The notes under the pieces: model-generated
Told to the model about the DNA's origin: nothing
Seen by the model: only the letters and a program-made list of their open reading frames with translations
The model's database searches: none
Made by a program: the position numbers and the translations under genes
Part shown: positions 24,810 through 36,965 of the stretch, piece after piece
How the letters are laid out: each line of letters starts with the position of its first letter
Position numbering within the stretch: the stretch's first letter is position 1
Assembly: GCA_002269645.1 (NCBI GenBank)
Contig: NIVC01000994.1
Span: 62,001 to 126,000, forward strand
Source: Macrostomum lignano
Taxonomy: Eukaryota
Length of the DNA stretch: 64,000 nucleotides
Direction: 5' to 3'

Positions 24810-27135
24810 GACGATTCTCATGGGGAAGTTGGAGGGTAGTTAAGAGGCAATTCTTATGGGGCAGCCGGGGAGTTAAGAGGCGATTCTCATGGGGGGCAGT
24901 TAAGAGACGATTCTCATGGGGGGGCGGCAGTTAAGAGACGATTCTCATGGGGGGGGGCAGTTAAGAGACGATTCTCATGGGGGGGGCAGTTAAGAGACGA
25001 TTCTCATGGGAGGCAGTTAAGAGACGATTCTCATGGGGGGGGGCAGTTAAGAGACGATTCTCATGGGGGGGCAGTTAAGAGACGATTCTCATGGGGGGGC
25101 AGTTAAGAGACGATTCTCATGGGAGGCAGTTAAGAGACGATTCTCAAGGGGCATTCAAGAGACGATTATCATGGGGAGGCAGTTAAGAGACGATTCTCAT
25201 GGGAGGCAGTTAAGAGACGATTCTCATGGGGGGGCGGCAGTTAAGAGACGATTCTCATGGGAGGCAGTTAAGAGACGATTCTCATGGGGGGGGGCAGTTA
25301 AGAGACGATTCTCATGGGAGGCAGTTAAGAGACGATTCTCATGGGGGGGCAGTTAAGAGACGATTCTCATGGGGGGGGGCAGTTAAGAGACGATTCTCAT
25401 GGGAGGCAGTTAAGAGACGATTCTCAAGGGGCATTCAAGAGACGATTATCATGGGGAGGCAGTTAAGAGACGATTCTCATGGGAGGCAGTTAAGAGACGA
25501 TTATCATGGGAGGCAGTCAAGAGACGATTCTCATGGGAGGCAGTTAAGAGACGATTCTCAAGGGGCATTCAAGAGACGATTATCATGGGAGGCAGTTAAG
25601 AGACGATTCTCATGGGAAGCAGTTAAGAGACGATTCTCAAGGAGCATTCAAGAGACGATTCTCATGGGAGGCAGTCAAGAGACGATTCTCATGGGAGGCA
25701 GTTAAGAGACGATTCTCATGGGAGGCAGTTAAGAGACGATTCTCATGGGAGGCAGTTAAGAGACGATTCTCATGGGAGGCAGTTAAGAGACGATTCTCAT
25801 GGGAGGCAGTTAAGAGACGATTCTCATGGGAGGCAGTTAAGAGACGATTCTCAAGGGGCATTCAAGAGATGATTATCATGGGGGGGGGCAGTTAAGAGAC
25901 GATTCTCATGGGGGGGGGGCAGTTAAGAGACGATTCTCATGGGGGGGGCAGTTAAGAGACGATTCTCATGGGGGGGGCAGTTAAGAGACGATTCTCATGG
26001 GAGGCAGTTAAGAGACGATTCTCATGGGGGGGGCAGTTAAGAGACGATTCTCATGGGAGGCAGTTAAGAGACGATTCTCATGGGAGGCAGTTAAGAGACG
26101 ATTCTCAAGGGGCATTCAAGAGACGATTATCATGGGGGGGGGGCAGTTAAGAGACGATTCTCATGGGGGGGCAGTTAAGAGACGATTCTCATGGGAGGCA
26201 GTTAAGAGACGATTCTCATGGGGGGCAGTTAAGAGACGATTCTCATGGGGGGGGGCAGTTAAGAGACGATTCTCAAGGGGCATTCAAGAGACGATTCTCA
26301 TGGGAGGCAGTTAAGAGACGATTCTCATAGGAGGCAGTTAAGAGACGATTCTCATGGGAGGCAGTTAAGAGACGATTCTCATGGGAGGCAGTTAAGAGAC
26401 GATTATTATGGGAGGCAGTCAAGAGACGATTCTCATGGGAGGCAGTTAAGAGACGATTCTCAAGGGGCATTCAAGAGACGATTATCATGGAAGGCAGTTA
26501 AGAGACGATTCTCATGGGAAGCAGTTAAGAGACGATTCTCATGGGAGGCAGTTAAGAGACGATTCTCATGGGAGGCAGTTAAGAGACGATTCTCATGGGA
26601 AGCAGTTAAGAGACGATTCTCAAGGAGCATTCAAGAGACGATTCTCATGGGAGGCAGTCAAGAGACGATTCTCATGGGAGGCAGTTAAGAGACGATTCTC
26701 ATGGGGAGGCAGTTAAGAGACGATTCTCAAGGGGGGGGGGGCAGTTAAGAGACGATTCTCATGGGAGGCAGTTAAGAGACGATTCTCAAGGAGCATTCAA
26801 GAGACGATTCTCATGGGAGGCAGTCAAGAGACGATTTTCATGGGAGGCAGTTAAGAGACGATTCTCAAGGGGCATTCAAGAGACGATTATCATGGGAGGC
26901 AGTTAAGAGACGATTCTCATGGAAGGCAGTTAAGAGACGATTCTCATGGGGGGAGTTAAGACACGATTCTCATGGGGGGAGTTAAGACACGATTCTCATG
27001 GGGCAGTTGGGGGGGGGGCAGTTAAGAGACGATTCTCATGGGGGAGTTAAGACACGATTCTCATTGGGCAGTTGGGGGGGGCAGTTAAGAGACGAATCTC
27101 AGGGGGGGGGGGAGTTAAGACACGATTCTAATGGG
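24810..27135. repeat. ~22-bp satellite (GCAGTTAAGAGACGATTCTCATGGGAG)n, block 2, ~2.3 kb
   Basis: Tandem units starting immediately after the ZMYND15-like stop codon. Confidence 0.95.
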
Positions 27136-27147
27136 GCAGTCAGTGTG

Positions 27148-30131
27148 TCAGGCAGGATACACCAGCTCGCTGATGAAGGCATTCGAATAGCTCGGCAAAT
27201 CCAGCTGCTCGTTCGGCACTCGGATTGGCGATCTGAACGGATTAATCCGCTGAGGCGTCAGAGTCCCAATCCCTAATTTGTCGCACATCACGGCTGAGAG
27301 CTCCATGCTGAACTCGCAATAGTCTGTCACATAGGTGCGAATGGCCAGCTTCTGTGCAATGAAAATTTTATATGGGAGGGGTGTCAAGTTTATACACTAC
27401 TGAAAGTAGGATAAATTAACTAACTAATAATAAAAATTTACCTTTAGAAACTCCAGCGTCGCCGGCCAAGAGATGGAGGCGGCAAAGCCGGCATTGAAAG
27501 CCACAATGAGGTCGGGTCTGGCTGGGCACGAGCTCTCTTCATCACCACTGTCGGTAATGCCATCCTGATGCTTTTGATTCAACAGTCCGGCGGCTACCTG
27601 GTGGTAGAGGCCTCTGTACACTGAGACACGAAATCTGCCGTCTAGCTCAGTGTGGACACTCTTGTGTACCGATGGGGACACTTCCTGGTTAGAGGAATGG
27701 CAAGGATAGACAGCTGATACAGGACTTACGTAGAACGGAAAACTTGCGTTTCCTAGAAAAGTTTTGAAGGCTGGTTTTACGCGAACACTGCAACACGGTA
27801 CCAGAGACTGTTTTCCAGAGACAGAGAGAAATAGACATCTTTTATTGCTATATTGAGTTTTTTAAGACTTGTCACACAACCGGCGAGAGGCATTGCTGCC
27901 CATTCCGCCAACTCCCCTAAGCAGGCACACAAGCACGCGGATACGTACGCAGTCATACGCACAGGCACACACTCACACAGGAGTGTACAGCGGCCCTGAC
28001 TTTATTTATCGTTAGGCATGAACACTTCAAAGTGCCTTAGGGGTTGGCCCTCAAGGGTGTTAGTTGCACGAGCAGAGCCAAGCCGAGATTTCAATTCAGT
28101 CTCAAATTTATGCGACTGCACTGGGAATCGAGCCTGGGCCGCTGGCACATCAGAGCGCCGCGCTAGACCACTGGGATACGGCTTCCCTTCAGACAAGCTT
28201 AAAAATAACTGTCTTTAACTTGAAGGGAATAAATTACTGGTAGATTTAAATTGGGGGTTGGTTGTGGGGTTGAGGCGCAATAAGAACGAGAGACGGGGAA
28301 AAGACTGAGCACGTGACTGGGGTAAAAGGCACACAGACCAGGGGGCAGTAAAAATGAACGGTAGGAATATGCAGTTGAACTTTTGCGAACACACCTTGCC
28401 AACAAGCACCAGCCGGAAGCTGAACCCGGGCGCCAGTTTAGCCAGTTCGCACAGAGCCGGGATGAGTTCCACCTCCTTCTCGACGCCGATCAAGTGTACA
28501 ACAATCCGACGAAGTTGACAAGGCCGATTGTCACCGACTGTTGCAGTCAGCCGTTTGTAAGCGTCGGGAGCGTCAACGGGTAGCCGCTCGAACAGCAGGT
28601 GATAAAGCGTCAGCGGCCACTGCATGAGAACGCAGACTGGCGAGTCGGCAGGCAGCCCCCGCATCTGATAATAATCCGACCAGCTGGATATTCGAGGCGG
28701 CGGCTCCGTTGCCGACACAGTTGACGGCGCCTCGACGAGAACGGCGGCCTCGTCTGGCAGCGCAAACGGATCCGGGTCTGGCGCCAGGTCGCCCGGAAGC
28801 GGCACGCCGCCGATATCTGCGTCGTTGTCGTCGTCGTCAAACGGATGCGGATGGACGCCCAGCCAGGCGTAGCACTCGCGGCGCCACATGCCCCGGCCGA
28901 GAAGGCCGCGCTCCAGCAGAAAGCGGGACAGGCACTGTGGCGAGTACATAGACAATTAAGAGATTTGGGTGTCCATTTTGAGATCTAGGTGTCAATTAAA
29001 GGAATAAGGGAGCAAATTATGGGATTTTGGTGTCAACTGAGGGATTTGGGTGTCAACTAGGGGATTTGGATGTTGTTGGGAAGAGAGGTTTTTTCTGCGC
29101 ATGTTTTTCAAGTAAAGATATTTATTTTCTTTATATTTTTTGGTTATTTTGATTAAAACGTACTTTGGTCAGCCCCAACCCCTGTTTTGAGTGTGCACGG
29201 CACCCACCCCCCTATTACGTGGGTGCGGGTAGACGCTCAAAATATAAAGTTACGGTCTCCCGCTCCAGTGAGAGTGCATATGGTTTTTTGGTCGTGGCGT
29301 TTTGGTCTTTGGCCATAAAGACGATCTGCTTTTTTCTGAGGATTCAAGTTATTTTCATAACTGTAAAACAACGTAACAACAGGTGTCAATTAGGGGATTA
29401 GGGTGTCAATTAGGGGATTAGAGTGTCAATTAGGGGATATGGGTGTCAATTAGGGGATATGGGTGTCAATTAGGGGATTAGGGTGTCAATTAGAGGATTA
29501 GGGTGTCAATTAGGGGATTAGGATGTCAATTAGGGGATTTAGGTATCAATTAGGGGATTTGGGTGCAAATTAGGGGATTTGAGTCTCAATTAGGGGATTT
29601 AGATGTCACTTTTGGGTTTTGGGGTGACGATTTTAAGATTTGGGTGTCAATTAGGTGATTAGGATGTCAATTTTTGGATTTGGGGTGTTGATTTTAGGAT
29701 TTTGGCTGTCAATTAGGGGATCGAGGCGTTGAATCTGAGATAAGCTGCCAAATGAAAGATTAAAGCACCAAACTGGAGATTGCAGCGCCAAATTAAGGAT
29801 CAACAAAGCCAAATAAAGGGTTGGGTATAATTCAGTGGATAATTCGATTTACCTGAGAATCAAAGGTATCAGCCGTAGTGACAGATGCAAAACCAAATGG
29901 CAGCTCAGCTAGCGCTGGGGCCCGCTGTCTGAACAGGCGCAGCCTGGCGCACCAGGCTTTGTGTGCCAGGCCAGGGTTATCTGGCTGGTTGGCGTGCCGC
30001 CTCTGACAGGCTTCACTGCAATAATAGACACAGCGGCACTGGCTGCACTGCAGGGCGCTGCTTCGATTTAAGAGGCCTGCACAGGTGGAACACTGTGCAA
30101 AGAAGGCTGATGAAAAAGGATTAGAGATCAT
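27148..30131 (-). CDS. ZMYND15: Zinc finger MYND / MSS51-family protein (ZMYND15-like), 4 exons, ~421 aa
   Basis: Exons 30131-29853, 28934-28395, 27684-27442 and 27351-27148, all phase 0 GT-AG. MYND finger CSTC...CSQCRCVYYCSEACQRRH...HKAWC; SWSDYYQMRGLP; IVVHLIGVEKE; PDLIVAFNAGF; NPFRSP; YSNAFISELVY. The 5' end is uncertain. Confidence 0.8.
27875..28185 (-). mobile_element. tRNA-derived SINE (family B) in an intron
   Basis: Minus-strand head GCCGTATCCCAGTGGTCTAGCGCG...GGCTCGATTCCC with A- and B-box-like motifs; body GTGTACAGCGGCCCTGACTTT is shared with 39170-39300, 46790-46915 and 58255-58380. Confidence 0.7.
28960..29720. repeat. 19-20-bp intronic repeat (GGGTGTCAATTAGGGGATT)n split by unique sequence at ~29075-29385
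   Basis: Tandem units in intron 1 of the MYND gene. Confidence 0.85.
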
Positions 30132-30549
30132 CCTCTCTGTTCTTTAAAGTTAAGGCTGCAAGTGAATGGAGTTATTCATTACAACTATGAACTTGAACTT
30201 CATTGTAAATTATAGACTTTTTGGACTTAAGCTATGCATTGTACATGTGAAAAAAACTTACTAAATAGATTATTCCTAAAGACTTGGTACCAAAAATAGT
30301 ATATATATTTAGTATATTTAGATATATATATTTATCTGTGAATTTAATCCTGCTTAGGGTAATTGGCAGAATAGGTAATATTTGCCTAGTGCTAATTCTT
30401 ATTATTATTATATAATTGTCAGATAGCTTTGTTATGCTTGATAAATTAAATTCTGATATTGGCCACTTAATAGAATTCTTAGATTATTATTTGTTGTTAG
30501 ATTTATAATTCAAATGCACTGCAGCATCATTGGTTAAAGTTATTTAATT

Positions 30550-30588
<39 letters not shown>

Positions 30589-30659
30589 CAGTTAGCATTG
30601 AAAAAAAGAATATAAAGATACATAGTAAACTATCTCTCTAAATTATATAATCACCATTT

Positions 30660-30775
30660 TGGCTAAAATGCCTATAGCCAAACTGGTTTGTGGGCAAAAT
30701 GGACTATGGGCGAGATGGTCTTAGGGCAAAATGTTCATGGCCAAAATGGTTTGGGGGCAAAACAACTAGAATTCA
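30660..30775. mobile_element. Fragment of a GGCGAAATG-repeat MITE, CpG-decayed
   Basis: Spaced GGCAAAATG/GGCCAAAATG motifs typical of subterminal arrays in invertebrate MITEs; termini not established. Confidence 0.3.
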
Positions 30776-31744
30776 TCTAATCTTTACCTTTCTTCTTCTT
30801 AATCCCTTCTCACCTAGTCCAACTCTATTTTATAGCACAAGTTGCATTATTTTACAGTACAGTTATTACAGTACTAGAATTTTACTATATATTCTCAAAG
30901 ATGACATTTTTTAATGTTCTTAAGTATACTAGATTTGGTAAAAGTAACAAAAATTGGACTTGACTCAGGATAAGGAAGATAATTTGGGACTATTTTATTA
31001 TTTTATAAATACTAATAATATAAATAGGCCTAAGACTAAGAGGCTAAGTAAAATAAAAATAGGCCGATCAAAACAAAAATTAAAACAATATTTCAAGTTC
31101 AACAACTAAATTCCATTTTTGTGATTTTATTTGAAATTTGAAATTGAAATATTTGAAATTCTATTTGAAATAGAATTTTGGTAGTAATAATAGAAAGTAG
31201 AATGGAAAGTAGGACTTTTTGTTGATCAACAATCTTCAGCCAAGATCAACCAAAACATTTATTTATCGCTGCATCTCTATGCTTTAATCATTTGCTCTGA
31301 AACTTTTATCAATTTTTGACACATATCTAGGGCACACTAGGCCCTTTTGTATGCCAAGTTGTATGCCAATAGTGTAATCTAGGTCCCTCTGTACGCCAGA
31401 AAATTCTAGCGTACATGTATACCATCCAGAGTCTGGCATCTGCGGGTTTTTAACATTTATTCCAATAGAGCTTTTATTGGACGAAATAGCAGACGAACTG
31501 TCCACCCTAGCAAAGACTTCCAGCAGACAAATTGATAGCAGACAAAATGACCTACACCTGCATGAAACAGCACATACAGAATGATACAGTGCACAGAATA
31601 GCAAACACCCAACAGGATTTTTTGAATGCACAGTGGTGCATAGCAAAAATCTGATCAAAAAACAATTAAAAAAGGAAGCAAAAATATGTTTAGCGCATAT
31701 TTCGCCTTGAAGTTTCAACCTAGAAGCTTAAAAATCTGAATTTT

Positions 31745-31825
31745 TCTGATCCGATTGGCCAAATTAATTCAGGAATTAAATCCCGGGATCCCGGGATCGC
31801 AAAAACCGGGATTTTGCAATCCCTA
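31745..31825. mobile_element. One end of a hAT/Ac-like non-autonomous element (...CCCGGGATCCCGGGAT...TTGCAATCCCTA)
   Basis: TTGCAATCCCTA terminus with CCGGGAT subterminal motifs; partner end not found. Confidence 0.4.
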
Positions 31826-32864
31826 GCCCAAACTCTCAAAGTATACTCTGAATTCTGAAATGGACTTTTTAACAATTGTCATTGATTAGGCCTAGGCCTA
31901 TTCAAAAACCAATTGAATAATTGAACCAATTGAAATCAGTATAACTACTGATAACTATTGTCATTCAATAATAAAAACTTTATAGCACGTATTTCCCTCT
32001 AGTTATGGAGACAAAAAGTTATACTTCACAAATTGGTTCTGGTTCTGGAACCAGAGCAAGCAATATGAAAAGGCCCTAAGTAGGACGGAAACCTCGTTTC
32101 TTGTAAATTTTTTGAAGGCAGGTTTTTCCGAAAAAATACACACGGAGATAGTAAGTTTTCATTTTTTCAGCACAAAAATTGTTATTGCTTTTGATTGGAG
32201 GCAGATCCAGTGTTGATCTTTTGATATGTTGTGCCTTTCTTATTGCTCTATCGATATTCATAAAGCTTTTCGTTCAAAAAATTAGGATTTTATGTTAATT
32301 TTTTATTCTACGTACATCTCCTGTACCTAACAACCATATAAAAATGCATGGCACAGCTCCAATCTTTGGTTTTATGAATCTATATTATCATCTCTGTTAC
32401 AAATATTTGTTACACAGTCAGCTAAGAATGTTGAAATAGACTCAACCTCAAAACAAAACCAAAGAGCTTAGCCATGCCATTTTAATGGTTTTTAGGCACA
32501 AGATGCATCCTGCAAATGTACTGATATATAGAATAAAAATTAACATAGAATCATAAATTCATAAATGAAATTTGGAAACTATTCTTGTAGGCCTAAACAA
32601 AACAGCTAGCTTTTAAAAAAGACCACTAAGTGTATAGGCCTACAGTATTAGGAGACCACTAGAAGGTCAAAAGATACTAAAATACTACAATACTAAGATA
32701 CTAAAGATACTAAAAATACTACAGTACAATAGAATTAAGGGAAATCTTCAAGTTCTAGGCCTAGTTCTAGGCTAGTTTACTGTATTAAATTATTTTCATG
32801 TTTTCATGAAATTTTCAGCCTATCTAATAACTGCCAGATAGATTCTATCATCTAGTAATACACC

Positions 32865-33161
32865 TTTCCTAGTTTAATAATACTGATTGATGAATGGCAG
32901 GCCTACAATGGCTTGCAGAATAATGTGGCTATCAATAACCAACTTCATTTTGTGGATCCTCACAACCCAACTGTCCACACAAACACCATTGAGGAGTCAT
33001 AGGTAGATATCAAGGCCAAATTTAGGGCAATACATAGATAGGGCCCTAGTATTAGTGATGCTTTATTTGATACCTACCTTAATGAGTACTTGTGATGTCA
33101 TTTCTTCCTACTGTCAAAAGTGTTTGGGAACTTCCTATATTGGGTTAGGCACTATTATTGA
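32865..33161 (+). pseudogene. Decayed Merlin/IS1016-like (ISXO2-type DDE) transposase C-terminal fragment
   Basis: Translates FPSLIILIDEWQAYNGL...HFVDPHNPTVHTNTIEES*VDIKAKF...LFDTYLNEYL*CHF, matching the Merlin motifs SDEWxAY, FVDP, HTNTIExxW and YLxEFxWR; in-frame stops at 33000, 33039 and 33093. Confidence 0.75.
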
Positions 33162-33564
33162 TAGGTCTACTCTGTCTAATGACTAATGACTTCATAGGCC
33201 TATTTTACAATTTTTTCATATTCCTGGCCTCTCCCCCCAAATTTCTAGACAAAAATTATCCCTCCCTTGAAATTCTAGAAACATCTCTTTATTATAGGCC
33301 TACCCCTTCCTTCGGGTGCAGAATGGGCCCCTGAAATAAATTCCTGGCTATATTAGGCCTACTAGTTTAGAAAGTGACATATATGCGAAGATTTCTTAGT
33401 ATACAACAATGTTATTTGACATTTGTCAATATATATCCTGGTGTATATAACACTGTAAAACATCATGTCAGTGACACATTTTTAGTCCTAGTATTAAAAG
33501 AGATAATACTTTTTTCTTCCACTAGACCCAGTGACCCATTATACACATGATCTAAACTATAGGT

Positions 33565-34210
33565 CACTAGCAGTCAAAAGCTACTAGTAGTCAAAAGTCA
33601 CTAGCAATCAAAAGCCACTAGCAGTCAAAAGTCATTAGCAGTCAAAAGTCATTAGCAGTCAAAAGTCATTAGCAGTCAAAAGTCATTAGCAGTCAAAAGT
33701 CATTAGCAGTCAAAAGCCATTAGTAGTCAAAAGCCACTAGTAGTAAAAAATCACTAGCAGTCAAAAGCCACTAGCAGTCAAAAGTCATTAGCAGTCAAAA
33801 GCCACTAGTAGTCAAAAGTTACTAGTAGTCAAAAGCCACTAGAAGTCAAAAATCACTAGCGGTCAAAAGCCACTAGCAGTCAAAAGTCATTAGCAGTCAA
33901 AAGCCACTAGTAGTCAAAAGTCATTAGCAGTCAAAAGCCACTAGCAATTAAAAGTCATTAGTAGTCAAAAGCCACTAGCAGTCAAAAGTCATTAGCAGTC
34001 AAAAGCCACTAGTAGTCAAAAGTCATTAGCAGTCAAAAGCCACTAGCAGTCAAAAGTCATTAGCAGTCAAAAGCCACTAGCAGTCAAAAGTCATTAGCAG
34101 TCAAAAGCCACTAGCAGTCAAAAGTCATTAGCAGTCAAAAGCCACTAGTAGTCAAAAGTCATTAGCAGTCAAAAGCCACTAGCAATCGAAAGTCATTAGT
34201 AGTCAAAAGT
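33565..34210. repeat. 17-bp minisatellite (AGCAGTCAAAAGTCATT / AGCAGTCAAAAGCCACT)n
   Basis: Tandem, often alternating, units. Confidence 0.95.
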
Positions 34211-34333
34211 CAGAAAACCTTTATATTGTCCTTTTATTAAATGACTTTTGTTGATATTGAAACCTATTTGCATATACCCTTAAACATGGCCATTATTTCA
34301 GCTTGACTTTTAAAGCTCAATAAGAAAATAACA

Positions 34334-36365
34334 ATGGCTCCAATGTTAAGTGCCTACATGTATGCACTGTTCTCATTCCTGATGGTGATTGCCAACAAGC
34401 TGCTGCTCACATCTTACCTATTTCCATCGCCTGCCTTTCTCTGCCTAACTCAAGTCAGCTCTACCTGCTTGTTTTTGTTGACTGCTCGCGCCTTTGGCAT
34501 TGTCCAATTTGGAGCATCCCTGTCCGATGCTGCTGGGATATTTCCTCTGCCAATATATTTCTTTGGCAACCTTGTGTTTGGCCTGTCAGGTACACAGGTA
34601 AGATAATTTTCAGCAGCCTAAGCCATAAAAATATGACTTTTAAGTTACATCCAACAATGATTTATTTATTAATTTATTCATATTATACTCAGTAGAGTAA
34701 GCGCCATATAGCAGATGCAGTTTGGGATAATTAGGATTGTGATGACTAGCTAGATGGCTAAAAATGTGAAGGAATAGAGAATCGGTTTAGAATGGCTTTC
34801 ATACATGCGCAACCTTGGGAATCACTCGGCCGTTTCTATTGGCAACACACACATGTAAGTCGCTATTGGCTGAAAGCAGTCACGTGACTACTATTCCGTC
34901 CAATAGCGACTTACATGTGTGTGTTGCCAATAGAAACGGCCGGGTGAATCCCTAGGTTTCGCCCAAGCATGCTTGTATTAGTGATCCCAATGTGCATTTT
35001 AAATATGACAGTTGGTTCTTTTTGGTGTCTGTCTACCACTGTCCAGTCCATTTCTGCCTAGGTAAGAGGACGATTCTCATTTAGCAGTTAGGGGACTATT
35101 CTCATGCGCTGGTTAGAGGGATTCTCATGCGCTGGTTAGAGGGATTCTCATGCGCTGGTTAGAGGGATTCTCATGCGCTGGTTAGAGGGATTCTCATGCG
35201 CTGGTTAGAGGGATTCTCATGCGCTGGTTAGTTCTAAGGATTCTCATGCGGTGGTTAGGATTCTCAAGGGGTGGTTAGAGGGATTCTCATGAGGTGGTTC
35301 GGGGGATTCTCGTGGGGTGGTTAGAGAGATTCTCATGCGGTGGTTAGAAGGATTCTCATGGAGTGGTTCGGAGAATTCTCATGGGGTGGTTTGGAGGATT
35401 CTCATGGAATGGTTCGGAGGATTCTCATGGAGTATTTAGAGTCATTATCATGCGGTGGTTGGAGGCATTCTCATGCGGTAGTTAGGATTCTCAAGGGGTG
35501 GTTAGAGAGATTCTCATGCGATGGTTCGAAGGATTCTCATGGGGTGGTTCGGGGGATTCTCATGGCGTCATGGGGTGGTTCGGGAGGATTCTCATGGAGT
35601 AGTTAAAGGCATTCTCATGCGGCTGATTGTCTCCCCGCTGCTTACAGGCTGAAAAGATGCTACTGAGTTCCCCTTGAATCACTGCAACCAAACTCGCAGG
35701 TGGTCAGCCTGCCAATGTTCACCGTGCTTCGCCGGCTCTGCATTCTGATGACCTTTATTGGCGAATTGATTTTCCTTCAACGTCGCGGCGACAACAGAGG
35801 CGTCGGTTTAGCTGTCTTCCTTATGCTGTTGGGCGCTTCCATTGCCGCTATGAACGATTTGACCTTTGACCTGGCCGGCTACGCATTCCTAATGCTAAAC
35901 AATTTATTCACAGCTGCCTATGGCATCACCGTGAAGTTGAAAACTGGCAATTTGAGCGGATTGTCAAAGTATGGGATCCTGTATCACTGCTGCTCCATCG
36001 CTGTGCTGCCATGTCTGGCGCTCAACCTGTGGACTGGCGAGTTCTCCAGAGTGGCAGACTACCGCGGCTGGTCCCTGCCAGTGGTTTGGGCCCTGTTCTG
36101 CACCAGCAATCTGTTGCAGCTGTTCCTGCTGTACAGCACCATACAATGCACCGCCGACAATGGCCCCTTAACCACCACCGTGATTGGGGTGTTGAAAAAT
36201 GTTCTAGTCACCTATCTTGGCATGTTTATAGGTCGGGACTATGTGTTCACGTTGCACAATTTTATGGGCCTGAATGTTAGCACTCTGGGCGGCGTTTTGT
36301 ACACTTATTTGACATTTAAGGCGCCTAAGGTTGAGCCTCAGAAAGGTACCGTCATTGTGCGCTAG
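34334..36365 (+). CDS. SLC35D: SLC35D1/D2-family UDP-sugar transporter (fringe connection / sqv-7-like), 2 exons, ~309 aa
   Basis: Exons 34334-34597 and 35700-36365 join in phase 0 (GLSGTQ|VVSLPMFTVLRR). Motifs NKLLLTSYLFP, FPLP, LPMFTVLRR, DLTFDLAGY, KYGILY, LTTTVIGVLKN, YVFTLHNFMGLNVS. Confidence 0.92.
34807..34962. repeat. Long inverted repeat / foldback (MITE-like), ~65-bp arms, 30-nt loop
   Basis: 34828-34869 is the exact reverse complement of 34900-34941; imperfect pairing extends outward. Confidence 0.9.
35060..35620. repeat. Diverged ~21-bp satellite (GGTTAGAGGGATTCTCATGCG)n, related to the 22-bp family
   Basis: Shares GATTCTCATG and GTTA motifs with the blocks at 22070 and 24810. 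Confidence 0.85.
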
Positions 36366-36504
36366 TCTGCACCGGGTCACTGAGCTGTAAACCAATACTT
36401 ATCTACTCTGATTTGTGCGGTCGGGGTTCTGTGCTCAGATTTTTATTTGCCTTTCTGCTATGCTTCCACATATCCATACAGGTTGGCACAGCTCCTTTGT
36501 TGAT

Positions 36505-36965
36505 TCCTTATCTATCCCCACACCAATCTCTATCCATCCCCACCAATCTCTATCTCTCCCCACCAATCTCTATCCCTCCCCACCGATCTCTATCCCTCCC
36601 CACCAATCTCTATCCATTCCCACACCGATCTCTATCCATCCCCACACGGATCTCTATCCCTCCCCACCGATCTCTATCCCTCCCCACCAATCTCTATCCA
36701 TTCCCACACCGATCTCTATCCATCCCCACACCGATCTCTATCCATCCCCACACCAATCTCTATCCATCCCCACACGGATCTCTATCCCTCCCCACCAATC
36801 TCTATCCCTCCCCACCAATCTCTATCCATCCCCACACCAATCTCTATCCATCCCCACACCAATCTCTATCCTTCCCACCAATCTCTATCCCTCCCCACCA
36901 ATCTCTATCCCTCCCCACCAATCTCTATCCATCCCCACACCAATCTCTATCCATCCCCACCAATA
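36505..36965. repeat. 20-22-bp minisatellite (CCAATCTCTATCCATCCCCACA)n
   Basis: Tandem units; explains ORFs 36413..37051 and 36415..37023. Confidence 0.9.

Noticed and set aside
24810-27135. CRISPR-like array
   Set aside because: Units are contiguous with no unique spacers, there are no cas genes, and the context is eukaryotic. The same applies to 40305-41360 and 961-2160.
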